Source: Octopus bimaculoides (taxonomy: Eukaryota). Taken from it: a stretch of 52,302 nt of DNA. Positions 11,656-23,087 of this stretch are shown in pieces; the stretch's first letter is position 1, and each line of letters starts with the position of its first letter. The notes below the pieces were generated by a model. The model worked only from the letters and a program-made list of their open reading frames with translations, was not told the origin of the DNA and made no database searches. The DNA is taken from positions 66,542,188 to 66,594,489 of the forward strand of contig NC_068988.1 in the NCBI RefSeq assembly GCF_001194135.2. The letters run 5' to 3'. The position numbers and the translations under genes were made by a program.

Positions 11656-13334
11656 AAATAAAAGATAAAAGATGCTGATCTATCATTAACAATATTCCAG
11701 CAATGACATATCAGGGAGCACGTTATCTCATGTGTCCTTTTTTATAAATGGTAGTGAAGGGAGAATTGGCTACTCTTTCAAGAAGGTTATTGAAGCTTCC
11801 ATACAATCTCTTTTTGATAGTACTGCTGTACTACATTGGTGATCTCTTTCTTTAGTACCACTGTTTCATTGTGATGACCTCTTATTTATATTACATAGTA
11901 CTCCTCTGTTAGGTTTATGATCTCTTATGTGTATCACCATAGTACTGCTATTCTATGCTAATGACATCATATTTATATCCCCATCACCATAGTAGAGTAT
12001 ATCCTCATCACCATACTCATACTTCCAATTAGGTTTCTCTATATAGTGTAAAGCCTTTGTACTTTGAAGGATGGTCCAATATATTGATTTTGAAGAATTC
12101 ATCAAGATCTAAGGAAGCCGATGTTTGAGGTGATGTGCCATGGATATTGTCTAAGGATGTATAATCCTTAGGAGAACTGGATTCATTAGTTTTCCAAGCT
12201 ACCATTTCTCTCAGACACACAGATGTTAGCAATTTCCTCTTCATTGACCTACTCCTTCTTCACAACAGACTCTCCAATCTATATACTTGTCCTTTAAATG
12301 TTAAGGTTCATGCAATTACAGATACCATGAGGAAATTAAACAGATTTGTGAGGAATATAGCAGCAAGCAATTCTAAGAGCTAGTCTTCAGCAAAACAATG
12401 ATGTTAAGCATAAGACATTTTGTTCAGTCATCCTCCTGTCACATCAGCTGAAAATTTCAATCTGTAGTTATTAATCCTAGGTCAACCTTGATCCAGGTGG
12501 GCTGAGACCAAAGGCACTCCAGTCATGACTTTTGTACCTTAAACAGTGTATCTTAATAAGTGTCTATTCTTTTTACGAGACAATCATTACTGTAATTTCA
12601 TGGAGATCTGGTTGCTATTTCTAGCATGTTGAATGCTCAAGTAGATCAGACATGAGGTAACCTCCTTAAATGCGGATAAAATTTTACTTGTAGTCACATA
12701 TGAAATCAATCTTTGATGAAATCTCTAAAAATCCTGATGAAAATAATGGTTTAAACCTGAAAACTAAAACAGTAATTTAATACTTATGAAAAATTAGCAA
12801 TTCAGATGTGACCACATAGGTTCATATACATTTGTTGTATACCCTGGAGTTAAAAAACAAAGGTTTTTCCATTCTAAACATAGTGGCTACCTTGTTATGT
12901 CATACCTGTAATATACAGGGTTCATTCACCTGATTACACCACATCTTCATCAGAAATTAGTTATGTGTTAGATCAATATTAATCAATTTTCACATCAATA
13001 ATCAAATAATTGATTATATAAAATAATGGATAGATATTGCATTAGTATTGATTTTATTAATCCCAGCCAAGATAATGTTCTCAGTGATTTGTCTAGGGTA
13101 TATCTTCACAGAGACTATTTATAGATCTAAGAATTTATATTCTATTTCGGTCAATGGTTTCAATCCTGGATAAATCTTCATGAATTATTGAATAAAATTT
13201 AACTGCTTGTTCTGGTGTCTTACTTTGGTGTTTACCAACAATAAATCTTATTTATTGTCCCTTTCTATTCCCACACACACACACACACTCACTCATTGTT
13301 ACATTGATCTAAATATCACATATACTACAATTAA

Positions 13335-14343
13335 CCCTTTCGTTACTGACCGGGCCGTAGCCGGCCGAAAAGAATTTTGGTTCATAAGACTAACCCGGCC
13401 GTAGCCGGCCGAGCGTACCCATTGTTATTTAAATGTATATTTGAACCCAAATCTCGTTAGTACATTCGTTAAAACACCTGATTTCACTTTGCAAACAGTT
13501 GAGTTATTGTCTCCGACATTGTTTGGCGTGATATTTGAACTCAGTGAAATTTGGAAGATTTTTTTCCACATTTTTTGCGGCATTGATTTTTTTCAACTTT
13601 GAAGATGGAGAGGAGTTTCATGCTATCAAGCAGTGATTCCGAATTTGAAGGTTTTTCAACAGAAGACATGGAAATATCGAAGAAAAGAATGAATGAGCTA
13701 CAAAAGCACGTGGTGAACGATAATAAATCGGATATTTCTGTNNNNNNNNNNNNNNNNNNNNNNNNNNNNNNNNNNNNNNNNNNNNNNNNNNNNNNNNNNN
13801 NNNNNNNNNNNNNNNNNNNNNNNNNNNNNNNNNNNNNNNNNNNNNNNNNNNNNNNNNNNNNNNNNNNNNNNNNNNNNNNNNNNNNNNNNNNNNNNNNNNN
13901 NTGTAAACAAACCGGAAAAAAAAGATAGCTTACGGTTTTCTGCAACTGTAGATGAAATACGGGCATTTTTTGCCATAAATATTATTATGGGTATTAGACA
14001 GTTACCCAGAATAACAAATTACTGGAGCGATCAGGAACCTTTTGGTGATGAATATATTTCCAGTATTATGAACGAGTACGATTTGTAAAGCTGAACCAAT
14101 ATTTACATGTGAGAGACACTAGCAGTACCACCCCCAGTACGTGGAGAACTTTGAGACAGAAATTATGCAATAGAATTGATTAAGAACTCTTTCTTTCATT
14201 ATGTTCCAAATATCACATTAATATGTTGATAAATAAACAAGTTACAGGTGTTTAATGAGACTAGTCTAAATTCATGATTATTTTAAAATTTAATTGAAAC
14301 TCATGAGGGGTGTATTTTGGTCAGAAATATAGTAACGAAAGGG
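13335..14343 (+). mobile_element. Internally deleted piggyBac DNA transposon with transposase remnants
   Basis: TTAA TSDs at 13331-13334 and 14344-14347, with perfect 13-bp TIRs CCCTTTCGTTACT/AGTAACGAAAGGG. The acidic N-terminus SSSDSEFEGFSTEDMEIS lies in ORF 13599. From 13942 it reads ATVDEIRAFFAINIIMGIRQLPRITNYWSDQEPFGDEYISSIM, then a frameshift, then RVRFVKLNQYLHVRD (piggyBac/PGBD DDE_Tnp_1_7 pattern). N gap at 13742-13901. Confidence 0.92.
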
Positions 14344-14944
14344 TTAACAATTCTTCCTACTGTTGGTACAAGGCCTGAAACTTCGTGGGAAGGAGAGAGT
14401 TGATTACATTGACCTCAGTGTTCAACTGGTACTTTATTTCATCAACCCTGAAATAACATAGGCAACGTTGACCTCAGTAGAATTTGAGCTCAGAACATAC
14501 AGCTGGAAGAAATGCATCTAAGCACTTTGTCCAGTGTGCTAACCATTTTCCCATCTCACTGCCTTTAATTGTTTCTGTTATAGACACAAGACATAATTTT
14601 TTTTTTTTTTTTTTTGCTGGTTGGGTGGGGGTAGAATGGGGGAAGATAGCTGAATACATTTGACTCCAATGCTCAACTGGTATTTATTTTATTGACCCAC
14701 AAAGGCTGAAAGGTTAAATTGACTTTGGCGGAATTTGAACTTGGAATACAAAGCTAAAACAGATGCTGCTAAGCATTTTGTTACATGCAAATGATTTTTC
14801 CAGCTCATCACCTCATGCTACAATTAATAATTAACAACTGACCATACACAAATGATTGAGGTGCCTGAGTAAGACATTCATTTATGGGGTCAGAACTTCT
14901 TATGATGTTACTGCTCCTAGAGTGTCCAAGACCATAAGAAAAAG

Positions 14945-15283
14945 GGGATAAAAACTCCCTTCAGCCATGAATGACTATGGGATTCACCTAGAAAATTCCC
15001 TTCTGCAGCACAAGTCTGGGCAAGGTTGTTTATGGAAGACCAGCAGTCATCCATGTATACCAGTCTCTCCTTTCCGTGGCACCAATGTTATCCAAGAGAA
15101 AGGCAAAGGCTGATACAACTTGGCACCAGTGTCATCGCAACTCATTTCTACAACTGAGTGAACTAGAGTAACACGAAATAAAGTGTCTTCCTCAAGAACA
15201 CAACTGATAGCCCAGTCCTGGAATTGAACTCACTACCTCATGATTGTGAACCTGATGCTCTAACCACTGAGCCATGTACCTTC
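14945..15283 (-). mobile_element. tRNA-headed SINE 'family E'
   Basis: The minus strand begins GAAGGTACATGGCTCAGTGGTTAGAGCATCAGG...GAGTTCAATTCCAGG (A/B-box-like), followed by TGTGTTCTTGAGGAAGACACTTTA. Confidence 0.75.
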
Positions 15284-15289
15284 CCTACC

Positions 15290-15650
15290 TAGCTGTAGGT
15301 AGATACCACAGTCCACCTAGCTGTAACAGGTACCACTGAGTGTTATAGGCCACTGTACTGTGTCTCTGACCAACACACATAACTGTCAACAGTCTAGTTA
15401 CCTAGTTGTATACACATACCACAGTGTGGTATAATTCCCTACACTGTAGGACAAGACACTTAATTGTCAACAGTTCAATCTACTTAGCTGCAAATAAGTG
15501 CCACAGTATAATATAGTTCACTGCATCAATGGCCAACACACTTAACTATCAAAAGTTCAGTCCACTAATCTGTAAATAGGACCCACAGTGTGGTATACTT
15601 TGCTGTATTGTATACATGGCCAAGACAGTTAACACTCATCCGTTCAGCTC
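15290..15650 (+). repeat. Degenerate minisatellite, period about 81-87 bp
   Basis: CAA(C/G)ACAC(A/T)TAA(C/T)TGTCAACAGT-like anchors at 15371, 15452, 15534 and 15621. Confidence 0.65.
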
Positions 15651-16491
15651 ACCTTGTATTTTCTGTGACCAAAACAGATAACTAGAAGTATGGTACTGCT
15701 CCTTTTCAAGTACAAATTAAAATAAACTGAATGCAAATTAGAATAATTTTGAAAAAAAAATTAATAATCTTGAATCAAATTAAAATAGTCACAAAAAAGA
15801 TTAAATACGTTTTCAATTAATAATGCTATTAAACCTTGGATGATAGCATGTGGCCTAGTAGTTAAGGAGTTTCACTCATGATTGCAAGATTGTGGTTTCA
15901 ATTCCCAGATGGTTTTGTTGTGTTCTTGAGTGAAACACTTCATTTCACTTTGCTCCAGTCCACTCAGCTTTAAATGAATAACCCTGTTAAGGACTGACAT
16001 CCCATTTAGGGGAAAGTTGTGATCTTGGTCGCTTATATGCCATGGAGATCACTTAACAGACCCTATGAGTCTTAGGGTTTGAGACAGTACTTACATATCA
16101 AAATTTGCTTCAATGTTTTTGTCTAATGAGTAATAAATTACAATTTATTTTGACTGGCAACATTTTTTTTTTTCTTAACGAGTATCAAAATATCTTTTAT
16201 GTGTTTAATGGAATCATCTGCTTTGAAAATACTAAACAATCAATATGTGGCATACTGGTTAAAATATTGGGTTCGTGATTGTAATATAAAAAGTTGTGGA
16301 TGTGATTCCTTGAATAGGTGGCATATTGTCCCTTTCAATAAGGCACTTCATTTCTTATTTCTCCATTCTGATCAACTGAAATGAGTACCAGTAATAAATG
16401 GGGATTTAGTTAACTTTACACCAGGCTGTAATCTCATACACTGTGAAGTCTTGAACTATCTGTTGCTTTTACACCTCAGGAGCAAGGTTAA

Positions 16492-16692
16492 GTCTTTAGC
16501 ATTTAAATTAGCCATATCGAAATAGTCTACCTGTTTCATATTCAAACTAGCCATATCCAGCATCTCATACCTACCTGCAAAGTTATTCTAAAACTAAATG
16601 ATCACATCTTCAAAATCTCTAAGCATGATTAATTTTTAAAAATGTGAATAAATATGCGTTACGTTTGACAGAATAATCCAGGTGCTAAAGGA
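16492..16692 (+). mobile_element. piggyBac-type MITE (degenerate copy)
   Basis: Ends TTAA-GTCTTTAGCATT ... GGTGCTAAAGGA-TTAT. Homologous to 17194-17413 over its whole length. Confidence 0.7.
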
Positions 16693-17193
16693 TTATGCTC
16701 CATTATGACGAGCTTATAGGTTTGATATCAACTGTCTCGTTAACTTTGAAAACCTTACTCAGGCTGTAAATAATACATTTGCTTCAAGAAAATCATTCTT
16801 CTGTTAAGATGATTTGCTAGAGTTTGTTGGAATATAATCAGTCTATATGTTGATGACGTAATGCTAATTATGAGCACCCATTAAATTACCCAATGAGTGA
16901 CTCAAAGTGTTGATATTGTCTCTTCTTATCTTTAACACTGACACCTCTGCAAATGTGATGCACAATTTCTGTGTACCCAATTATACATTGTTGTCTTCTT
17001 AACACTATATGCAGCAATAATAGATTCCAAATCTTCTCATATAAACACTGACTGTACAGACAAGAGTTTCAAGAGGAGACTTTTTTGTATGGCTACCCCT
17101 CTCAACTACTGTCTTCCCTGTTTGAGACTCTTGGGAAATATTACTGCTTATAGCTTGAGACAAGCTATTGTCACTTTAAGGCTGACTTTCATC

Positions 17194-17413
17194 ATCTTTA
17201 GCATTTAAACTGGCCATATATGGCCCAAATATTCTACCTGTTTGGTGTTTAAAGCAGCCAGGTTGACCATCCCACACATACCCAACAAAGTCATTCTAAG
17301 AATAAGCAACCGCATCATCGAAATCTTGAAGCTATGACATAATGCATGATTAATTCAAAATGATATGAACGAATAAGCATTACATTTGACAGATTAATCT
17401 GAATGCTAAATGG
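17194..17413 (+). mobile_element. piggyBac-type MITE
   Basis: Ends CTTTAGCATT ... AATGCTAAATGG-TTAA. Second copy of the 16492 element. Confidence 0.75.
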
Positions 17414-18382
17414 TTAAGTAAATACAGCATTGTAAGCTGAAATCAAATTAAGAAATAGATTCAGCAATAGACATTTTTGTCTTGTCTAAATAACTACTAT
17501 TTTAATTTCCACTAGATAAAAGCTTTCATGTGACCTTCTTGCACGGATAACCTTGACACATGAATGTAGGGGAAAATTGACTGAAAATTCCCTTACTGTA
17601 CCACATAACCAACTTCAACCATTCAATCCATATGTTAACTGAAAAAGTTCTGAGCCACATTCTTTCTTCAAAAACAAATGAGTTTCATAACAACGGCCGG
17701 AAAATATATAGTCTGTGACACAGCTCCACATGGCACACATGTAAATCAAATTGAAATACAAATATATATATACATACATACATATATATACAATATATAT
17801 ATATATATATTATTGTTTATTATTGCTTATTTTTTCTGTCATTAGACTGTGGCTGTGCTGGGGAAACACTTTTGAAGGGTTTACAATTTGACCCCTGTAC
17901 TAATTTTATAAAGTCTGGTACTTATTCTGTCAATCTCTTAGCCTGAGCCACTAAATTATGGGGACATAAAGAAATCAGCATCATAAGAGGTGGGGGTGGA
18001 TGGACACAGACATGCATAAATATAAATACATATATATGTACAAATATACATGCATGTGTGTGTGTGTGTGTGTGTATATGACAAGCTTCTTTTAGTTTCC
18101 ATCTACCAAATCCATTCACAAAGCTTTGGTTAGCCTTGGACTATATTGGAAGACACTTGTCCAGGGTGCCAGCCTGTGGAACTGAACCCATAACCATGTG
18201 TTTGGGAAGTCATATGCCTGCACCAGGCTCCAATCTGATCTAGCAGATTTTTTAGGGCATCCAGCTGTAGAAACTTTGCCAGATCAGATTGAAGTTTGGT
18301 GCCGCCTTCTCACTTGCCAGTCCTCAGTCAAACCATCCAACCCATGCCAGCATGGAAAGTGGACATTAAACCACGACGATGA

Positions 18383-18427
<45 letters not shown>

Positions 18428-18456
18428 NNNNNNNNNNNNNNNNNNNNNNNNNNNNN

Positions 18457-18490
<34 letters not shown>

Positions 18491-18495
<5 letters not shown>

Positions 18496-19017
18496 TAACC
18501 TATGCTGGTGGAGTGTAAAGAAGACCTTTTAAGCATTGGGCCTCACAGAGGCAAAGTGGCTGAGTTACTTTCAAGTGTTGGGCTTCACGGAGGCAATGGC
18601 CAAGACTTTTGGCATTATGTCATGTTTGAGAATCAAGCCACATGGTGGCAAAGTAGCTGAGTTCCTTTCGAGTGTTGGGCCTCACTGAGGGCAATGACCG
18701 AGACCTTTGGCATTATGTCGTGCTTGAGAAGAAGACCTATCAGGCCAAGAAAAATCGCAGTCATGGCAGATACCGATGTCATGCAAATTGACATCCAAGC
18801 CAATAGCACATAAAAGCAAATGGCACCCATACTGGTAGAATGTAGAAGCACCTATTACACTCTTGGAGTGGTTGGTGTTAGGAAGGGCATCCAGCTGTAG
18901 AAAACCATGCCAAATCAGACTGGAGTCAGGTGCAGCCTTCCAGAGTGCCGGCCTGGTCAAACCGTCCCACCCATGCCAGCATGGACAACGAACATTAAAT
19001 GATGATGATGATGATGA
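18491..19017 (+). mobile_element. Family A variant with a different, internally duplicated 5' module
   Basis: Duplicated units at 18550-18632 and 18647-18730, then the standard family A core at about 18848-18905 and a (GAT)n tail. Confidence 0.8.
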
Positions 19018-19783
19018 CATATATAATCCTTTCTACTATAGGCAGAAAGCCTGAAATTTGCAGGGAAAGGATAAGTCAATTACGTCAACCCCCAGTACTC
19101 AACTGGTACTTATATTATTGACCCCAAAAGGATGAAAGACAAAGTCAACCGTGGCAGCATTTGAACTCAGAACACGAAGACAGATGAAATGCCACTAAGC
19201 ATTTCACCCGGTATGTTAACGATTCTGCCTGCCAGCTTGCTACATTATATATATATATATAGGCACAGGAGTGGGGCTGTGTGGTAAGTAGCTTGATTAC
19301 CAACCCCATGGTTCTGGGTTCTCATCCTACTATGTGGCACGTTAGGCAAGTGTCTTCTACAATAACCTTGGGCCAACCAAAGCCTTGTGAGTGGATTTGG
19401 TTGACAGAAACTGAAAGAAGCCTGTCATATATATATGTGTGTGTATGTGTGTATGTGTGTATGTGTGTGTGTGTGTGTGCGTGTGTGTGTGTGCGTGTGT
19501 GTAATATAATGTAGTTGTTGGTTTTCAGACGGGACCTTGATGACTGCTATAAAGCAGGAAAGTATACTAGCCCTTATATATTCAATACTCAATATTCCAT
19601 ATATTCAATAATACATTCAATACTTCATTTCATTTTACTATTTATATTATATATTCCATATTCTATATCCCACATTAATTTTATAAGAATATAAATAGAA
19701 CATAAAAAACAGACAGAGTTGGAACTCTTTTAAATAATATATTCCTCTATACATGATCATACAAACCCTCCTTTTTTTATTTT

Positions 19784-19825
<42 letters not shown>

Positions 19826-20009
19826 NNNNNNNNNNAACCAGTTAGAATATGTCCTAGGTCTATTTGATGTAAGGTAACCTTGGGCCCCATAACAACTACT
19901 ACTATCATCACCAAACTTTCTAAAATACATCATCTTTATTTAGTCTTTCATTGAATCTTCAAACTGTCACTTCTCAGTAACATCACTGTTTGTTTTTCTG
20001 TCTTTCCAG

Positions 20010-20171
20010 GACTACTGTGGACAGCTCCAGAATTATTAAGGATGCAAAATCGACCATTAGGAGGCTCAGCTAAGGGTGATGTCTACAGCTGGAGCATTAT
20101 ATGTCAAGAAATTATCTATAGAAAAGGTGTCTTTTACTTTCATCAAAACCGCAATGAAATGAGTCCCCGAG
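20010..20171 (+). CDS. Next internal exon of the same receptor guanylyl cyclase (kinase-homology subdomains VIII-IX)
   Basis: Polypyrimidine tract tgtttttctgtctttccAG at 20008-20009 and donor GTATGT at 20172. The phase-1 join A+GA=Arg gives [54 protein letters not shown], matching the LWTAPELLR...GDVYS..II.QEI motif. It is missing from the ORF track because it is short. Confidence 0.95.
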
Positions 20172-20518
20172 GTATGTCTGTTTTCTATATTTGTATTTTA
20201 TGTGAGTGAAAGAGAGAGAGAGAGTAAAAGAGAATATTGCTGTTGATCAAATACAACATAAACATACTAAACATAACATAATAATTGAGGTTAACATATG
20301 TGGTGTGAATAACAACAACAAAACTTGTTAGTTTGTTGGGTTTTTTTGTGGAAATATGTAACAAAGCATTTTTTAATATAGACAAACATTAGTAAAAAAA
20401 ATATCACAATAATGATATGTGAAGTTTCATCTTCCAATGAGATATATTGCTTTATTTTAATACTGAGCACACTCTTTTTCTCCTTTCTGTTAACATGTTT
20501 GAAATTATACATATAAAT

Positions 20519-20560
<42 letters not shown>

Positions 20561-20564
20561 CTTT

Positions 20565-20598
20565 CCTCTTTCTGATGAAGAGCCATGCTCAAGATGAC
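20565..20598 (+). ncRNA. Degenerate minimal hammerhead ribozyme-like motif
   Basis: CTGATGA-A-GAGC-CAT-GCTC at 20572-20590, followed by AAGATGAC in place of GAAACGTH. It resembles the 50877 motif. Confidence 0.35.
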
Positions 20599-20610
20599 AC
20601 GCACACACAC

Positions 20611-20652
<42 letters not shown>

Positions 20653-20669
20653 GAGATTAGTCAGCATAT

Positions 20670-21159
20670 GAGATGTTCTCCTGGAGCTACAAGCTACAGT
20701 AGCATTCACCCTTAGTGGTTAGCTGCATTTAAGTGGCAAATATACTTCACGTTGTCGTGCAGCTACTGTTTATACCTCGTTCAGAGATTTAACATTGCTT
20801 GTTTACACTTTTTCGAGATCAGTGACTTTTCTTCACTGGAAAAAGGATATAAGTATTTGCATTGGGACCCCCCTTCGCATCGAAGATTAGTGATTGTCGT
20901 ATGCTGATGAAGGGTAAATACCCAGAGACCCGGGTCCGTGCGTGTCACGTCAGGTTGCCGATGGGAAGGATGACTTCCCTTTGCAAAATACTGATAGGGC
21001 ACAGAAAGTGTGTCAATAGCCAGCTGGAGGAGATGTTCTCCTGGGGCTACAAGCTACAGTAGCACTCACCCTTAGTGGTTAGCCACATTTAAGTGGCAAA
21101 TATACTTCACGTTGTCGTACACCTACTGTTTATACCTTATTCAGAGATTTATTATTGCT
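20670..21159 (+). mobile_element. 360-bp unit with a partial (about 122-130 bp) direct repeat containing an HHR motif; retrozyme-like or PLE pseudo-LTR-like element
   Basis: 20670-20791 matches 21030-21151 with an exact 360-bp offset (8 mismatches counted in 122 bp). The interior is CpG-rich relative to the flanks. Confidence 0.7.
20898..20942 (+). ncRNA. Type I minimal hammerhead ribozyme motif with palindromic stem III
   Basis: Stem I CGTATG (20898-20903) / CGTGCG (20937-20942), 2 G-U pairs. Core CTGATGA (20904-20910). Stem II GGGT-AAAT-ACCC. AGAG(A) replaces GAAA. Self-complementary ACCCGGGT (20928-20935), then a GUC triplet ending at C20936. Confidence 0.72.
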
Positions 21160-22038
21160 ATAAAATTATAAGTTTTCATAATAACTAACATCAACTTTAG
21201 AGATGAGACATTTTTTAGTATTTACATCATAACCATGCTGCAAATGATTTGGTCAACAATTGTCATTGGGTATCTTATTCCTGAACATATATATATATAT
21301 ATATATATATAGAGTGTAATGAACTCGATTTCAACCTAGAACTTGCAATTCTAAACTAAAGGTAATAACACTCATCCACTCTGCTACTGATGTTAATAAT
21401 CTGAAAAAGTATAATCACAAATACATATGTGTGTATGTGTATATATATATCTGTGTATACGTGTGTGTGTGTTTACACTCATGCACATGTGATTGATTAT
21501 ATGTTGTTATATGTTTATATTTACTGAAATTTTTTTAGATATTATTGTTCAAAATTGTTGCTATCAATGATCTTCAAATGGTGTCACACTGGTATTAATT
21601 CTAAATTTTAACTTGAAGTATTGATATGATATGGATAATACACAAATCATTCATTCACTCATTCATTCATTCATTCATTCATGCATACATACATACATAC
21701 ATACATACATAAATACATACATACACACATATCTATGTATGTACATATTTATGTACAATATGGTTAGAAATATACAAGTGAAAGAGGACATCTAATGACC
21801 ATAATGTAATGTATTTTTGTTTTATTACTATTTATTAACAAAGGATTGCTTTTATTTTTTAACTTCTCAAAAGACCATTGACAAAGAGTTTGCAGATCCA
21901 GTACCCAAGATATACTTTCAGTTTCATACACATTATTATTAGAGTGACAGAATACATACCAACTTGTCTGGAGCAAAGTATGTCTGAATTGGGATCTTGG
22001 GAAGAAAATGTAAATCCTTAATTCATATGCTAGAGCAA

Positions 22039-22422
22039 ATGTTGGCACTCTGTTGGTTATAATGATGAGGGTTCCAGTTGATCCGATCAACAGAACAGCC
22101 TGCTTGTGAAATTAACGTGCAAGTGGCTGAGCACTCCACAGACGCGTGTACCCTTAACGTAGTTCTTGGGGAGATTCAGCATGACAGAGTGTGACAAGGC
22201 TGGCCCTTTGAATTACAGGTACAACAGAAACAGGAAGTAAAAGTGAGAGAAAGTTGTGGTGAAAGAGTACAGCAGGGTTCGCCACAACCCCACTGCCGGA
22301 GCCTCATGGAGCTTTAGGTGTTTGCACTCAGTAAACACTCACAACGCCCGGTCTGGGAATCGAAACCACGATCCTATGACCACGAGTCCACTGCCCTAAC
22401 CACCGGGCCATTGCGCCTCTAC
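22039..22422 (-). mobile_element. Full-length family C SINE
   Basis: Homologous to 4771-5155. Flanked by CATATGCTA at 22024-22032 and 22423-22431. Confidence 0.88.
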
Positions 22423-23087
22423 CATATGCTACAAATGATCACAATATCTGGGAATATAAAATCTGTAAGACCTTCTTAAGATTTAAAGGATATGTTACCA
22501 ATGAAAACCAGTCAACCAAGCAAGCTTTGTAAGGTGGCTTGTTTCATTGCCAACAGCCCAACCATGCAACAAGCTGCACTGAGTTTATTGCTACAAATAG
22601 CTCTAGGAACATAAAATGCATGCACACATACACACACACGCTTACCATGTGTATCCCGGTTTTACAGTCAGTACACCATATCCGCTTATGTCATAAGGAG
22701 TGATGCAAAGGATTAGTAGCAGGAAGGGCATTCAGCTGTAAACACAATCTCAGAAAAATAATCCGACTTATGCTAGCAAGGAAAAGCAAGTGGATGATGA
22801 TGAATGTATATCTATATACATATACATCTTATTTTTGTTTTGTCCATTTTTCCATGCTGTAATAGGTAGGTGCATGTTGGTTCCAATGTTTTTTTACAGC
22901 CCAATGGATACTGATAGATATATCAGCAACATGATGCTGGGAGTTGAGAATGTTTTTGTCAGAAAAACTGTGGTGTGTGAAATAATGTCTCTTGTTCAAA
23001 AATAAAATACACTTCCATTAATAAAATCTAAATTTATGAACATAAGCTTAACCTCACAGCCATTGCACATCACATTAACTATAAATA

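Larger units (their letters stand above)
3318..20009 (+). other. Phase-1 GT-AG intron (about 16.7 kb including N gaps) of the guanylyl cyclase gene
   Basis: The flanking exons join in frame with canonical splice sites, and the joined peptide is continuous with the known domain, so no intervening exon is needed. Confidence 0.88.

Noticed and set aside
12029-12244. 71-aa minus-strand ORF with ordinary composition, a possible nested-gene exon
   Set aside because: No recognisable domain, an upstream in-frame stop, and no convincing splice pair or partner exon.
21940-22020. Candidate third guanylyl cyclase exons after AG sites near 21540, 21950 and 33585
   Set aside because: In-frame stops or no similarity to the expected FRP...CW.E.P..RP motif.
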